Source: Fonticula alba ATCC 38817 (Eukaryota > Protista > Nucleariida). Taken from it: a DNA stretch of 64,000 bases. The translations under genes and the position numbers were made by a program. The stretch lies in NCBI GenBank assembly GCA_000388065.2, contig KB932202.1; one strand, given 5' to 3'. A model generated the notes under the pieces. That model did not search any database. It was not told the DNA's origin and saw only the letters and a program-made list of their open reading frames with translations. Shown here piece after piece: positions 12,570-24,911 of this stretch (the stretch's first letter is position 1; each line of letters begins with the position of its first letter).

Positions 12570-13157
12570 ATGGCCTTCGCGCGCTCTGTCCGCACCATGC
12601 AACTGATGCACGTCTACCAGCGCCAAATGCTGGTGGTCACTCCGCGAGTGACACTGACGCAAAGCTCCAACGAGCTGTTCTACCCCTCGGCCGAGGGGTT
12701 CGATACGTCGGCCGCACTCGCGCCGATCGAGCAGGACCGGCAGCACTCGCGCGCGGCCGCCGCTGCCGCCTCCCTGGCCCGGCCTGGGGGATATTATGCG
12801 TCGTCCATCTCGACGGCCGAGCCGGCCGATAGCATCGCCCGTATTATCACATCCTTCTCGCTGTCTCCCGAGAGTGCCGAGGCGCCGGCTGCCGGGCCGG
12901 CCCCGGCCACGGCCTCTCCCGCCGCTGAGCCGGCCTGGTCTGCCGTTCCGGCCACGGGCCCCATGCGTGTCCCGTCGGCGACTGATCTGAATGCCGCCGC
13001 CATGTCGGCCGTGGTGTCTTCCTCATCGTCGGGGTCCTTGCCGGATCTGGCCGCCCGTGCGCCGGTGCACCAGGCCGCGGTGGCCGTCGTGGATTCCACC
13101 CTGCGTTTGTTGAACACCCTCTCGACCTCGGTGGCTCGGACTGTGCAGGGTGGTGCG

Positions 13158-13203
<46 letters not shown>

Positions 13204-13778
13204 TCTCTCTCTCTTTCTCTTTCTCTCTCTCTTTCCCTCTCTCCTCCCCTCTCTCTCCTTCCCTATCTCCTTCCCTCTCTCTCTCCCTCTCCCTCTCTCT
13301 CTCCCTCTCCCTCTCTCTCTCTCTCTCCCTCTCTCCATTTGCATGCTCTACCTTCCTACACTTGCTGACCGCCCACTTCCTCATCACCCTTCTCCTGCCC
13401 ACAGTCGTCCAGGTCTTGGCCGGCTCACACAATGAGGCGGATTCGCACTCCACCAGCACTGCCCCACGCTCGCCGACGACCGGAGCCGAGTTCGTCGCTG
13501 GAGCCGCCCCGGCCGCCTCCCGCAATGTCCCTGCCAGCGAGCCATCCTCCGGTCCGGATATGGCATTGATTGCCCCGCTGGTGGGCCTCGGCCTGGTGGC
13601 TGCCCTCGGGCTGTATCTCTGCCCGTCAACTGCTGGCGGCCGGCGGCTGCCCCTGCTGGTGCACGCGCTTGTCCGAAACCATTTCCCCTCTTTTGGGCTG
13701 TCCTCCAGCGGCGGCCTTGGGCGTCTCCTTAGCAGCATTGGGAGGGGCTTGTGCCCGCGCGGTGCTACCGCCGCCTAG
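12570..13778 (+). CDS. Hypothetical protein with a presequence-like N-terminus and a C-terminal TM helix; intron 13153-13404
   Basis: Long GC3-rich ORF interrupted by a 252-nt (CT)n-rich intron with GTGCGT..CAG ends. TM-like segment LIAPLVGLGLVAALGLYLC. Confidence 0.65.
13158..13332. repeat. Compound (CT)n intronic microsatellite
   Basis: About 175 nt consisting almost entirely of C and T. Confidence 0.95.
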
Positions 13779-14004
13779 CCTGGCTTCTTGTCTGGTGTTG
13801 GAACTTGTGCCCTGCGAGTGCATCGCGCGCGCGCGCGCACACATACACACCACCCCGACTGGCCGGCTGGTTGGCAGGCGGGCACGCACACCAGCTGGCC
13901 TCTTGCACAACGGACCTCCCCCCTCCCCCAAACAAAATCCAATAATAATCTACACACATATCTCCCTTTCTCTCGGGCGCAGACGGGGAGGACTGCCTCG
14001 CTCG

Positions 14005-14042
<38 letters not shown>

Positions 14043-14292
14043 GTCTCTCTCCCCGTCTTGTCCCCCCGCTGCCAGGCCGGCCGCTGATTTAAGATCGCAG
14101 CTTGCTGCCGGGTGCTTGGTGCTGGTCGAGGCGTGGGATGGATCATCAGCAGGCCCAGGTGGGGGAGCGCGTGGCGAATCGCGGGTGTGCTGGGGCCACT
14201 TGCGCACACCAGCGCCCAGGTGCTGGTAGTGCAGCATACACGCCTGTAAAGGGTGCTCCATGGAGGCCTGACGTCGGGTGCCTCCCTTTCTC

Positions 14293-14301
14293 CGTCTCTC
14301 G

Positions 14302-14336
<35 letters not shown>

Positions 14337-14409
14337 CTGGCTTTGGGCCTCGGGGTAGGGCGGGATGATGGGGCGCGGGGCAGCATTTGCCCGCAGGCGT
14401 GCATGCTGA
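14293..14409 (+). repeat. 117-bp exact direct repeat, copy 1 (copy 2 at 16546-16662)
   Basis: The two sequences are identical. Copy 1 ends at the 14410-14999 N gap and copy 2 starts immediately after the 16536-16545 N gap. Confidence 0.93.
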
Positions 14410-15445
14410 NNNNNNNNNNNNNNNNNNNNNNNNNNNNNNNNNNNNNNNNNNNNNNNNNNNNNNNNNNNNNNNNNNNNNNNNNNNNNNNNNNNNNNNNNNN
14501 NNNNNNNNNNNNNNNNNNNNNNNNNNNNNNNNNNNNNNNNNNNNNNNNNNNNNNNNNNNNNNNNNNNNNNNNNNNNNNNNNNNNNNNNNNNNNNNNNNNN
14601 NNNNNNNNNNNNNNNNNNNNNNNNNNNNNNNNNNNNNNNNNNNNNNNNNNNNNNNNNNNNNNNNNNNNNNNNNNNNNNNNNNNNNNNNNNNNNNNNNNNN
14701 NNNNNNNNNNNNNNNNNNNNNNNNNNNNNNNNNNNNNNNNNNNNNNNNNNNNNNNNNNNNNNNNNNNNNNNNNNNNNNNNNNNNNNNNNNNNNNNNNNNN
14801 NNNNNNNNNNNNNNNNNNNNNNNNNNNNNNNNNNNNNNNNNNNNNNNNNNNNNNNNNNNNNNNNNNNNNNNNNNNNNNNNNNNNNNNNNNNNNNNNNNNN
14901 NNNNNNNNNNNNNNNNNNNNNNNNNNNNNNNNNNNNNNNNNNNNNNNNNNNNNNNNNNNNNNNNNNNNNNNNNNNNNNNNNNNNNNNNNNNNNNNNNNNC
15001 CCCCCCGCTGCCATGCCACCATGGACTAAATATGCCGAAGGAGTCCCCCCAGGGGGAAAGAAGGACGCCCGTTCTTTGGCCTCGCCGCCGTGGCAGGCCA
15101 CCAGATTAGCCTGGGCCAGCCCCCTGCTAGCGACCAGACGCCGGTCCCCCGCCGAGGGGAAACAAAAAGACGCCCCTCCCCCCTGCGGATCCGCCCGCGC
15201 GGAGGCCCGTCATTACCATTCACTCCCCTCTCCTCACAGCCCGATAGCCCCCTTCGCTTTCTCTCTCTGCCTCCCCCCCCTCTCCGTCTTTCTCTTTCTC
15301 TCTCTCTCTCTGTCTGCACTCCTCCCCCCCCCCCCTCTGCCCCTTCCCGCCCCCTGCCCTCTCGCGTGTGGCCGATCCCCTCGTCCGCTTGCAAGGCTCG
15401 CCCGAACGCGCCCGGCCACGACACCCGCGTCCGTCCCTTGGCCCG

Positions 15446-16554
15446 ATGAACTACGGAGCCACCGTGCCACACGGGACGGACGCCCCTCTGCCGGGTGGGA
15501 CACCGGCGCCGGCGCCGGCGCCGCCCGACGGCGTTCCCACCACCACCACGCCCCTGGTGTCCGCGGCCGCGGCCCAGCCCCGACACCTGCGCACCTTTGC
15601 CACCCCGGCCGAGCTGCCCCTCAGCCCATCGCCCTCCTTCGTCGGGTCCGAGGGTGCTGACAGCAGCGTGGCCCCGGACAATGTGCAGCCCGACCCGCAG
15701 GTGCCATCTCCGGCAGCCGAGGCGTCGGCCCAGTTGGCCGGCGGCCTGGCCAGCCTGCCCACGCCGTACAGCGAGCGGGCGGTCCCGCTGCCGCGCACGG
15801 CCGCCGCCTGGGCCACCATGGCCACTCACAGCCAGGGCAGCTCCAGCAACGTGGCCTCCACCTCGGCCGTCTTCTATGGCGGGGCCTTTTCCGGGGCATG
15901 GCGTGCGCCGCCGCTGACCTTCGGTGACATGGGTCTGGCCGTGGTGCTGACCATGCGCGATGTCGCCAAGCAGGCGATCCAGGAGCTCAGCGGGACTGGC
16001 GCCAGTGAGGCCATCGGCGGATCGGCCGGCGGCACCCCCGGCGGTGTGTCACCCGTGGCGCGCTCCCTGCTCAGCAACACGGTCCGCACGGCGCGCTATA
16101 CCTGGTATGATTTCCTCCCCCGGCAGCTGTTGGCGCAGTTCTCCAAGGTGCGCGGTGCTTTCCCTGCCGCATGTCCACAGCCGGCTGGCTGGCTGATGCT
16201 GGCGACGCCCGGCGCGGCTGCTCGCCTGCCTGCCTGCCTGCCTGCCTCGCCGGGTTCTCCCTCTCCGCCCCGTCTAACTTTTTCCCTTGCCCCCCCCCCC
16301 CTGCAGATGGCCAACTTCTACTTCCTCCTGATCGGCCTGCTGCAGCAGATCCCGGGGATCTCACCGACCGGCCGGCTGACCACCATCCTGCCGCTCTTCC
16401 TTTTCGTCGGCTTCGCCATCCTGCGCGAGCTGTATGACGATTTCCGCCGGCACCAAGCCGACAAGGAGGAGAACAACCGTCTGGTGGATGTCTTCCTTGA
16501 GGGGGTGCGCTCGCCATTTGCCCCCTCCTTGCCCCNNNNNNNNNNCGTCTCTCG

Positions 16555-16589
<35 letters not shown>

Positions 16590-19500
16590 CTGGCTTTGGG
16601 CCTCGGGGTAGGGCGGGATGATGGGGCGCGGGGCAGCATTTGCCCGCAGGCGTGCATGCTGAAGGTTGCGGGGGAGGAAGGCGCGCGGCCCCGGGCCAGG
16701 ATCCGCAGGAATTATTCTGTCCTGCCGGGGGTAAGCCTGACACGATGGCTCCAGCGGGTGACCACAGCCCGTGGGGAAGGGCGGGGAGGCGGGGAACGAG
16801 GGGCCCCCGACGCCGGTCGCACGGCCAGATGCCCGCGCGTGTGGGGCTCCCCATCGGGGGGCCGATTTGAAATGCGCTCCCGGCCCCGGGGGCGAAAAAG
16901 GCGCACGCGCGAGATCTCTCGTCCCCCCCGGTCCGGGATAATATATGGCAGAAGCCGACAGTCAGAGCGCCCCCTAGACGAAAGGTCTCCACTCGCTGGT
17001 GCCTTTCTCGACCCGCGGGCCAGCCGCAGTTGTCTGCCCCGNNNNNNNNNNNNNNNNNNNNNNNNNNNNNNNNNNNNNNNNNNNNNNNNNNNNNNNNNNN
17101 NNNNNNNNNNNNNNNNNNNNNNNNNNNNNNNNNNNNNNNNNNNNNNNNNNNNNNNNNNNNNNNNNNNNNNNNNNNNNNNNNNNNNNNNNNNNNNNNNNNN
17201 NNNNNNNNNNNNNNNNNNNNNNNNNNNNNNNNNNNNNNNNNNNNNNNNNNNNNNNNNNNNNNNNNNNNNNNNNNNNNNNNNNNNNNNNNNNNNNNNNNNN
17301 NNNNNNNNNNNNNNNNNNNNNNNNNNNNNNNNNNNNNNNNNNNNNNNNNNNNNNNNNNNNNNNNNNNNNNNNNNNNNNNNNNNNNNNNNNNNNNNNNNNN
17401 NNNNNNNNNNNNNNNNNNNNNNNNNNNNNNNNNNNNNNNNNNNNNNNNNNNNNNNNNNNNNNNNNNNNNNNNNNNNNNNNNNNNNNNNNNNNNNNNNNNN
17501 NNNNNNNNNNNNNNNNNNNNNNNNNNNNNNNNNNNNNNNNNNNNNNNNNNNNNNNNNNNNNNNNNNNNNNNNNNNNNNNNNNNNNNNNNNNNNNNNNNNN
17601 NNNNNNNNNNNNNNNNNNNNNNNNNNNNNNNNNNNNNNNNNNNNNNNNNNNNNNNNNNNNNNNNNNNNNNNNNNNNNNNNNNNNNNNNNNNNNNNNNNNN
17701 NNNNNNNNNNNNNNNNNNNNCCCGTTCTATCCCATTCCCCCTCGCTCCCCGCTCCCACCTCCCCGCACCCCCTCGCACCTTTCGCACCACACCCGCACCC
17801 GCACCCGCACCCACACCCACACCCACACCCACACACGTACGCGCCGCCGTGCACAGACGTGCGCCTTTCCCCCATCCCCCCGTTCCTGCCCTTCCCTGGG
17901 AAATCGGTTTGCAGCGGGCGCCCAGCCATCCTTCCCCCTCCCTCCCCGGAAGCACGGCGTCCCGTGTTCGTCCTCTCCGTTCGCACTCGCACCGGGGTCT
18001 CTCCTCCCTGCCTGTCTCTGCCTCCTCTCTCTCTCTCTCCCCCCCCCCCCCCCCCCCCCCCGCCCCTACCCCCACCGCACGCGGTGTCTCCCCTCCATCT
18101 GTCTGACCTCCTTGCCATGTCCGCGGCTGCTGTCCGAAGGCCTGGCAGCAGACCCGTTGGAAGGATGTGCGTGTGGGACACGCCCTTCGAGTCACCCGTG
18201 GCCAGCCGCTGCCGGCGGACTGCATTCTATTGGCCTCTTCGGCCCCGGATGGCAAGGCCTATGTCGAGACAAGTAACCTCGATGGCGAGGTGCGTCTTTT
18301 GCCGATGGCCGGGCCTTGCAGTTGGCTTCTCCCTGGGTGCTTTGCCCTTTTTCGGCCGTCCCGGCCCCAGTCCCCCTGGGCGACACGGCCATGGCTCGTC
18401 TGTGCGGATGCGCCTCTAACATGCTGGCTCTTGGATTGACGGTCCCCATGACACCGCAGACCAACCTCAAGGAGCGCCGCGCCCTGGAGATCACGCAGGC
18501 CGCCCTGATTCCCAGCCCCGACGGGGGCGGATACGGCTCGTTGGAGACCGGCCTGCAAAGGCTGTCCGGCCATGTGCGCTGCCCGGCGCCCACTCGGCAG
18601 CTGGATGTCTTTGAGGCGACCATCTCCCTGTCGCCTGTGGCCGGGGGCGGGCTCGATGCCGGGCTCCCGGGGCAGGAGCTGTCGACCGCCGAGACGGCCA
18701 TGCTACCGGCCTTCGAGTCCTTCGGCCTGAACCCGGAGCAGCTTCTCCTGCGCGGGACCGTTGTCCAGGGTGTCGACTGGCTGGTGTGCCTGGTGGTGTA
18801 TACCGGCGAGCAGACGCGTGTCCGGCTGAATGCCACCCAGGCCCCGACAAAGGCGGCCTCCTTCGATCGGGCTGGCAGTCGATTGGTCATCCTGACCTTC
18901 GTCTTTCTCTGTCTCATGGTGGTCCTTTTCGCCGTCAGCGGGTTCACCTGGCAGCAGCGCTTCCAGGTGGGGAGCTGGTTCCTCCCCGGGGCCGGGGTCA
19001 CTGTCTTGGAGTTCTTGACCATCTACCTGATCCTCTTCAATGGCATCATCCCCATCAGTCTCTATGTGACCCTGGAGTTTGTGCGCTTCATGCAATCCAG
19101 CTTCATCGGTGCGTGTCCCGGGCATCTGGCCATCCCCCGGGCATCGGCGCATGTGCCGCCTCGCAGAGGAAGCTCACCTCCCCCTCGTTTCCTCCCTGGC
19201 AAGATGTCGATCTACAAATGGCCATCCCCCTGGAGGAGGACCCGTCTCATGGCGCTGGGCAGGTGACGGCCCGGACAGACTCGACCATCGGGGCACCACT
19301 CAAGTTTGCCCGCGCCAACACCAGTACCCTCACTGATGAGCTGGGCCTGGTCCGGCACATCTTCGTCGATAAGACTGGCACCCTCACCGAGAATGACATG
19401 CTCTTTAAGAAGTGCGCCACTCTCGGGGCGCGCCCGCGGATTTTCGCCGTGCCCGATTCCACCGGTCCTGCCGGGGATGTGGACCAGCCGGCCGATGAAG

Positions 19501-19592
19501 GCACCATGGCCGACCTGCTGGAACAGGTGCGCCTGCACGGCCGTCTCTCGGTCTTTCTCCCACGGTGCAATGCACTTGCTGACACCCATGCG

Positions 19593-19653
<61 letters not shown>

Positions 19654-20839
19654 CAAAGGCCCTTTACAATCCCCAAACCCTGGACTTCATCCTGGCCATG
19701 GTCCTGTGCCACTCTGTCCTGCCGATCACCGAAGACCAAGAGGCAGGCCCTGCCTCCACCTCTGGCAGGGCCCCGGCTATTCCCCAATTTGAGGGCACCT
19801 CGCCCGATGAGATTGCCATTGTCCGGGCCCTCTTCCAGGCCGGTGTGCGAGTTGTAAATGTCACTGCCACGCACATTGGTCTGGAGCTGCCACGCGCATT
19901 GGCCGCAGCCGCAGGCTTCCCCCTGGACAAGAGTGGGTCCGGCTCGGTGGCCACCGTGCGCATGGGTGTGGACCTCCTCCATGTGTTGCCTTTCTCGTCG
20001 GACCGCCGGCGGATGTCGGTGCTGGTTCGTCTGCCGGGCGTTGGGGGTGATCTTGCCGGTCGCGTGCGCCTGATCGTCAAAGGGGCCGATACGGTGCTGA
20101 CCGAGCGGGCTAGAATGGCTCCCGGTCCGGATTCTCCGATCGAGGCGCTGCTGGCTCGCCTGGCCGGTGACGGCCTTCGGACGTTGGTCTATGGCGCGCG
20201 CGATCTCGATGCGGACTTCTATCGCGATTGGTGCCTCGTGCGTAAGCCTGAGGGTTTCTTCTTGACCGTGCTTCAGCTGCACTTCCTGTCTCTCCTGTTG
20301 TATTTCTCCCGGCCTCGCGCTTGCTGCCAATGGCAGCCTCTCGCTTTCTCTCTCCCTCCCTCCCTCTCTCTCTCTCCCCATCCTTTCGACATGCTCTGAC
20401 GTATACGTTCGCCCCCTGCTGGACTGGGTGGTTGGCTGAGGCAGGCCCTTCGTGATGCGTCTCTGACGGTCGGCGACCGAACTCGCGCCGTGCGCGCGGT
20501 CTTCGACCGCCTCGAGTGGGACCTACACCAGGTCCCGCAAGCTGGCGTTCCCATGCAGGGGGGCCTGGAGTTGATTGGTGTGACGGCCATCGCCGACCGC
20601 CTGCAGAAGGACGTCCCTGAGACGGTGACCGCCTTGCAGCGCGCCGGCATGTCCCTCTGGATGCTGACCGGTGACCGGCGCGAGACGGCCCTGCATGTGG
20701 GCCGCGCTGCGCGACTAATTGCCCCGAGCACCGGGCGCCCCGCGGCCTCCACCTCGACCGCCGTGCGCACCACCATGTTCGACACCCTCTTCCTTTCCGG
20801 CACCAGTCTTCCGGCCATGGCGGAGTCAATTGTCGGGTA

Positions 20840-20876
<37 letters not shown>

Positions 20877-22071
20877 CCTCTCTTTCTTTCTCCTCCCCTT
20901 TCGGACCGTGGTTTTTTTTTTCCTCAGTGCCGCATGCAAATGCGCTTCCGTGAGGATGTACGCGTGCATGTGTGCATACACATGCACACATGTGCACGCA
21001 CGTGCAGGCATACGTGCACATGCGCATCTCCACCACTCCGATTTGGCAAGACTCACATGTCCCCTTTTGCCGGTGCGATTGGAACAGCTCCTTTGCCATG
21101 ATTCGCGACATCCAGGACATGGGTCAAGCAGCGCCGGCCCTGGTGGTTGATGGCACGGCACTCCAGCTCCTGATGGACTTCCCCTCGTGCACCGTCCCGC
21201 AGGCAGCGCAGCTGGCATACGGGCGCCTGCCCACCGGCGCGGCCCTCGGTCTGGGGGGCGATCGGCCGGTTCGCATCGAGGATCTGGGCCTGCCATCCGG
21301 CCAGGACCCGGTGGCTGCATTGGCCGAGGCCCTCGACCGCCAGCAGGACACCCTGTTGACGGAATTCCTGCGGCTGTGCTTCAGCGCATCGACCGTGGTC
21401 TGCTGTCGGGTGGCCCCGCTGCAGAAGGCGGCGGTGGTGCGCCTGGTCCGAACATATACGGCGGCCCGGCCTGCCGAGACGGACCCCATCCGGCACCGGT
21501 CTCCCCCGGGCGGGGTGTCTGGCTCGTCGACCGGGGCCACGGCCGGCCAGCGGCCGGCGGCCATGCTGAAGCAGATCGGCCAGCGCCTGGCTGCCGGGGT
21601 CCTTCCCCCTTCCCCGGCGCCGGTGACCCTGGCCGTGGGCGACGGGGCCAATGATGTGGCCATGCTGCAGGCGGCCCATGTGGGCATTGGTCTGTCGGCC
21701 GGCCGCGAGGGGCTGGCCGCGGCTCGCGCCGCCGACTATGCCGTTCCCGGCTTCCGGCATCTGGCCCCGCTGCTCCTGGTCCATGGCCACTGGAATGCCG
21801 TCCGGTCGCGCATCTTCTTCCTGGAGACCTTCTACAAGTGTGCCGCCATCAATGCCATCCAGGCCCTCTTCCAGCTGGCTACCGGTGGCTCTGGGGCCAG
21901 TCTCTTTGATGGGTGGACTCTGGCCTGCTACAATGTGCTCTTCACCTCGTTCCCGGTCATTGTCCTGGGCATCTTCGAGAAGGACATCCTCTCGCGTCGG
22001 GTCCTCACGTCTCTGGCTCCGGAGGTTTACCGCCATGAGGCTCGTTTCGGGGGCCTCAACTCGGTTGGTAT

Positions 22072-22115
<44 letters not shown>

Positions 22116-23632
22116 GGGTCGCGTGAGCGTCCCTTTCCGTCCTTCTCTTTCATTCCCCGTCGGGTCCTTTCATTCCCCCCCCCCCCCCACCCCGTCTCTC
22201 TCTGCTTCTCTTTCTCCCTTNNNNNNNNNNNNNNNNNNNNNNNNNNNNNNNNNNNNNNNNNNNNNNNNNCCTTTCTCACCACGGGATGTCTCTCATCAAA
22301 CACGGTAGCCTTCGTGCGGACCTTCTTTGAGGGTATCCTCCATGCGGCCCTGGCTTTTGGCCTCGTCGCCGGCGCCCTCAAGTGTCTGGGGGAGGATGGC
22401 GAGTCGCATGAGGCCCTTGGAATGATCGTCTATTCGGCGGTGGTGGTCCATGTGACGCTCCGGGTTCGTGCCATGCTCTCCGGTTGCCTTCCTGCCCGCC
22501 TTGCCTTTGTCCGCGTTTGCCCCTGGCCCGATCCATCTTTGCCCGCGTATCTTGCTGCCGGGCCGCGTGTCCTGTCACTTACCTTTTCTTCTCCCCTTGC
22601 TGCCGTCCCTCGGCCATGGCTCAGATTGGCTTCGTGACAATCAGCTCCTGGTCCATGCCGACGATCGTGGCCAGTCTCGGCTCTCTGGCGCTCTGGGTGA
22701 TTTATCTTTTCTTCTATTCGATGGTGCGCTCACAGGTGTCCCCTCTTCCTTCCGAAAGTCCCCGATGCCCCTTGTACCCTTGACTGATGGTGCCCACCGT
22801 TCCCTTTCTTTCCCCCTCTCTCCCTCCCTCTCCCTCTCCCTCTCTGTCCGCCTCTCGCCCAGCTGCCCAACTACGCGTACAAGGCGTACGGGCTCTTTAC
22901 CGCCATATTTACCGGGTCCATGGGTGCGCGATCCACCCTGGCCGTCATTCTGGTGGCGGTAGTGTGCGTGCTGGTGGCCCACATCGCGGTGCGCCTCTTT
23001 GCTCAGGAGGTTTGGGGCTGGTGGCGCGCATCCGGCACCTGGAACGGCTCTCCTGGCCCCGGGGACACGAGCATCGTCCGGGAGTTCCTTCATCGACATC
23101 GGCGCAACTTCAACCCCGAGGTCTCGTCTTGCGACCTGACGGAGCGCTTCAGTATGGCGGTACGCGCATGGCCGCACGAGTCTCCCTCTCAGCCTGCCTT
23201 TCTCTCAGCCTGCCTGTCTCTTTCTGACTCCTTTTCTCTCCCGCCCTCTTGCTGCGTATGCCGTGCCCGTCTTCCCTGGCCCTGTCACGCCTTGCCTCTG
23301 CCCTGTCACGCCTTGCCTCTGCCCTGTCACGCCTTGCCTCTGCCCAGCTCTCCTATGGACGCCAAGTCGATCGGGACGCCAGCTGCGACTCATCCATCCA
23401 CTCGACCGAAGAGCTCAGTTCGCGGGACTTCCTGCCAACCACCGGCATCGCCCGACACTCGGTCTATGATGACCATGCTGTTGATCACCATGTCAGCACC
23501 AGCAACGTCAACAGCGAGCCTCTGACGCCGCCTATTAATCCCCTCGCGACCGAAGGGACCGCGGTCTATTCCTTCAACGCCTCGGGGCTCAGCCTGGGCA
23601 GTGATTCCCCTGGTGGAGCCTTCGCCGACTAG
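15446..23632 (+). CDS. P4-type ATPase phospholipid flippase, Drs2/ATP8A-like, multi-exon
   Basis: LLQQIPGISPTG (TM1), ETSNLDGE|TNLK, IPISLYV (TM4), DKTGTLTEN phosphorylation site, SPDE, FSSDRRRMSV, KGAD, GLRTL, MLTGD, CCRVAPLQK, GDGANDVAM, FYK. Splice joins checked, for example FSK|MANF (16148-16306) and FLEG|AWQQ (16505-18139). Confidence 0.95.
16546..16662 (+). repeat. 117-bp exact direct repeat, copy 2
   Basis: Identical to 14293-14409. Confidence 0.93.
19596..19651. repeat. (CA)n intronic microsatellite
   Basis: Uninterrupted CA run inside a P4-ATPase intron. Confidence 0.95.
23280..23342 (+). repeat. 21-bp tandem repeat x3 (CCCTGTCACGCCTTGCCTCTG) next to the last P4-ATPase splice acceptor
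   Basis: Three perfect units immediately followed by CCCAG. Confidence 0.93.
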
Positions 23633-24605
23633 CGGCGCTCAAGCACCCTCTTCTCTCTCAGCTTCCCTCGCGCCTTTGGCGAGCCAAAAGGAAGGGGCAC
23701 AACGAGGTGACGAGGCAGGCAGGAGTTTCTACACCCTCCTTCCCGCTGGAGGGGGGGGGGGAGTATGTACGCGCCCGTTCCGCTTTTCTCCCGGCACCGT
23801 CCGAAATATACATTTTTATATCCAGCTTTTTCTCCCTCTCGTGCCCCTCCAGAGGGCTATTACTGTTGGCGAATTGGCGCTATCGCGAGTCGTTCATGTG
23901 ACCGTATTTCAGAGGATGGCAACATCACACGACAACGCCACCGGGTCAGCTGCATGCCAACCGCGGTTCGTGTTCCCACAGTCGGGGGGCCTGGCAGGCA
24001 GGCAGACAAAAGACGAGCATTTGAATTGCCCGAGGGGGGTGGGCTACGGTGCCGGGTCATTGGGAGGCTCTCTTTCCAGGCGTGTACATGGCTCTCAATG
24101 TGTGTAGTCTATATGCCTGTGTGTGTGTGTGTGTGTGTGTGGACATGTATTTGCCTGGGTGCGCGCGGGTGCCCCGGCGGCCACATGCGTGCGCATAAAT
24201 GAGGGCGCACGCGCGGATTTCTGCGTGCGATGGCCGCCAGACCGGACCGCCCATCCCCGGACCCAGGCGCACATGCGCACCTGTTCCCTCGGCCGTGTCC
24301 CGGCCTCCCGGGCCGCAGTCCGCTGTCCCCCCCCCCCCCTTTCCCGGGGGACCGAGCCATCCGAGAGCGCAGCAGCCGTGAGGGGGATGCGTGGCCCGCA
24401 TCTTGAGGCATTTAAGCAAGCAGCATTGGGAGAAACGTGTACCACTCCAGCCTGCCAAGGGGTACATATGTGCTAGGGGCGGGGGCGGGGGGGTACATAA
24501 TTCCGGAGCTTCGCTGATTCATATCCGGTGGTGCTGGAACTCTCTGCCTCCCTCCTCTGATCGGGGCTTTCTCCCAATGTCGGGTTCTCTCTTCGGTGTG
24601 TGTCC

Positions 24606-24638
<33 letters not shown>

Positions 24639-24874
24639 TCTCTCCCGCTCTCGGCCTTGTCCCCCGTCTTTCTGTGTTTGCGCGGGTTTATTTTTCCCGC
24701 ACTTCCTCGCGCCCCCGTCGTCCTCGGCCGCCCGGCTTGGCCCGGCCCCCTCCCGGTCTCTTGCTAATATCTGCGTGGTATACTGGTCGATCAGGATGAC
24801 CGATCGGATGACTCACCAACCTGGGGATGGCTCTTCGCTTGGTCTCACCAAGGCGCAGGGGGGGGGGGGGGGGG

Positions 24875-24911
24875 GCACACGTCTGAACTCCAGTCACCTG
24901 AGAATCTCGTA
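24875..24911 (+). other. Illumina TruSeq-type indexed adapter remnant (assembly contamination)
   Basis: GCACACGTCTGAACTCCAGTCAC + 6-nt CTGAGA + ATCTCGTA matches the adapter layout ...GCACACGTCTGAACTCCAGTCAC-index-ATCTCGTATG. It follows a poly-G run. Confidence 0.95.

Noticed and set aside
13153-16306. Apparent excess of in-frame, stop-free introns (13153-13404, 16148-16306, 40340-40248, 51760-51936)
   Set aside because: Many other measured introns (119, 224, 214, 152, 241, 346, 341, 233 nt) are not multiples of 3, and stops are rare in C/T-rich sequence, so I see no clear enrichment.
19331-19340. CTGATGA hammerhead-core-like words (also at ~10982, ~40702, ~52203)
   Set aside because: None has a matching stem II and GAAA; most lie in coding sequence.
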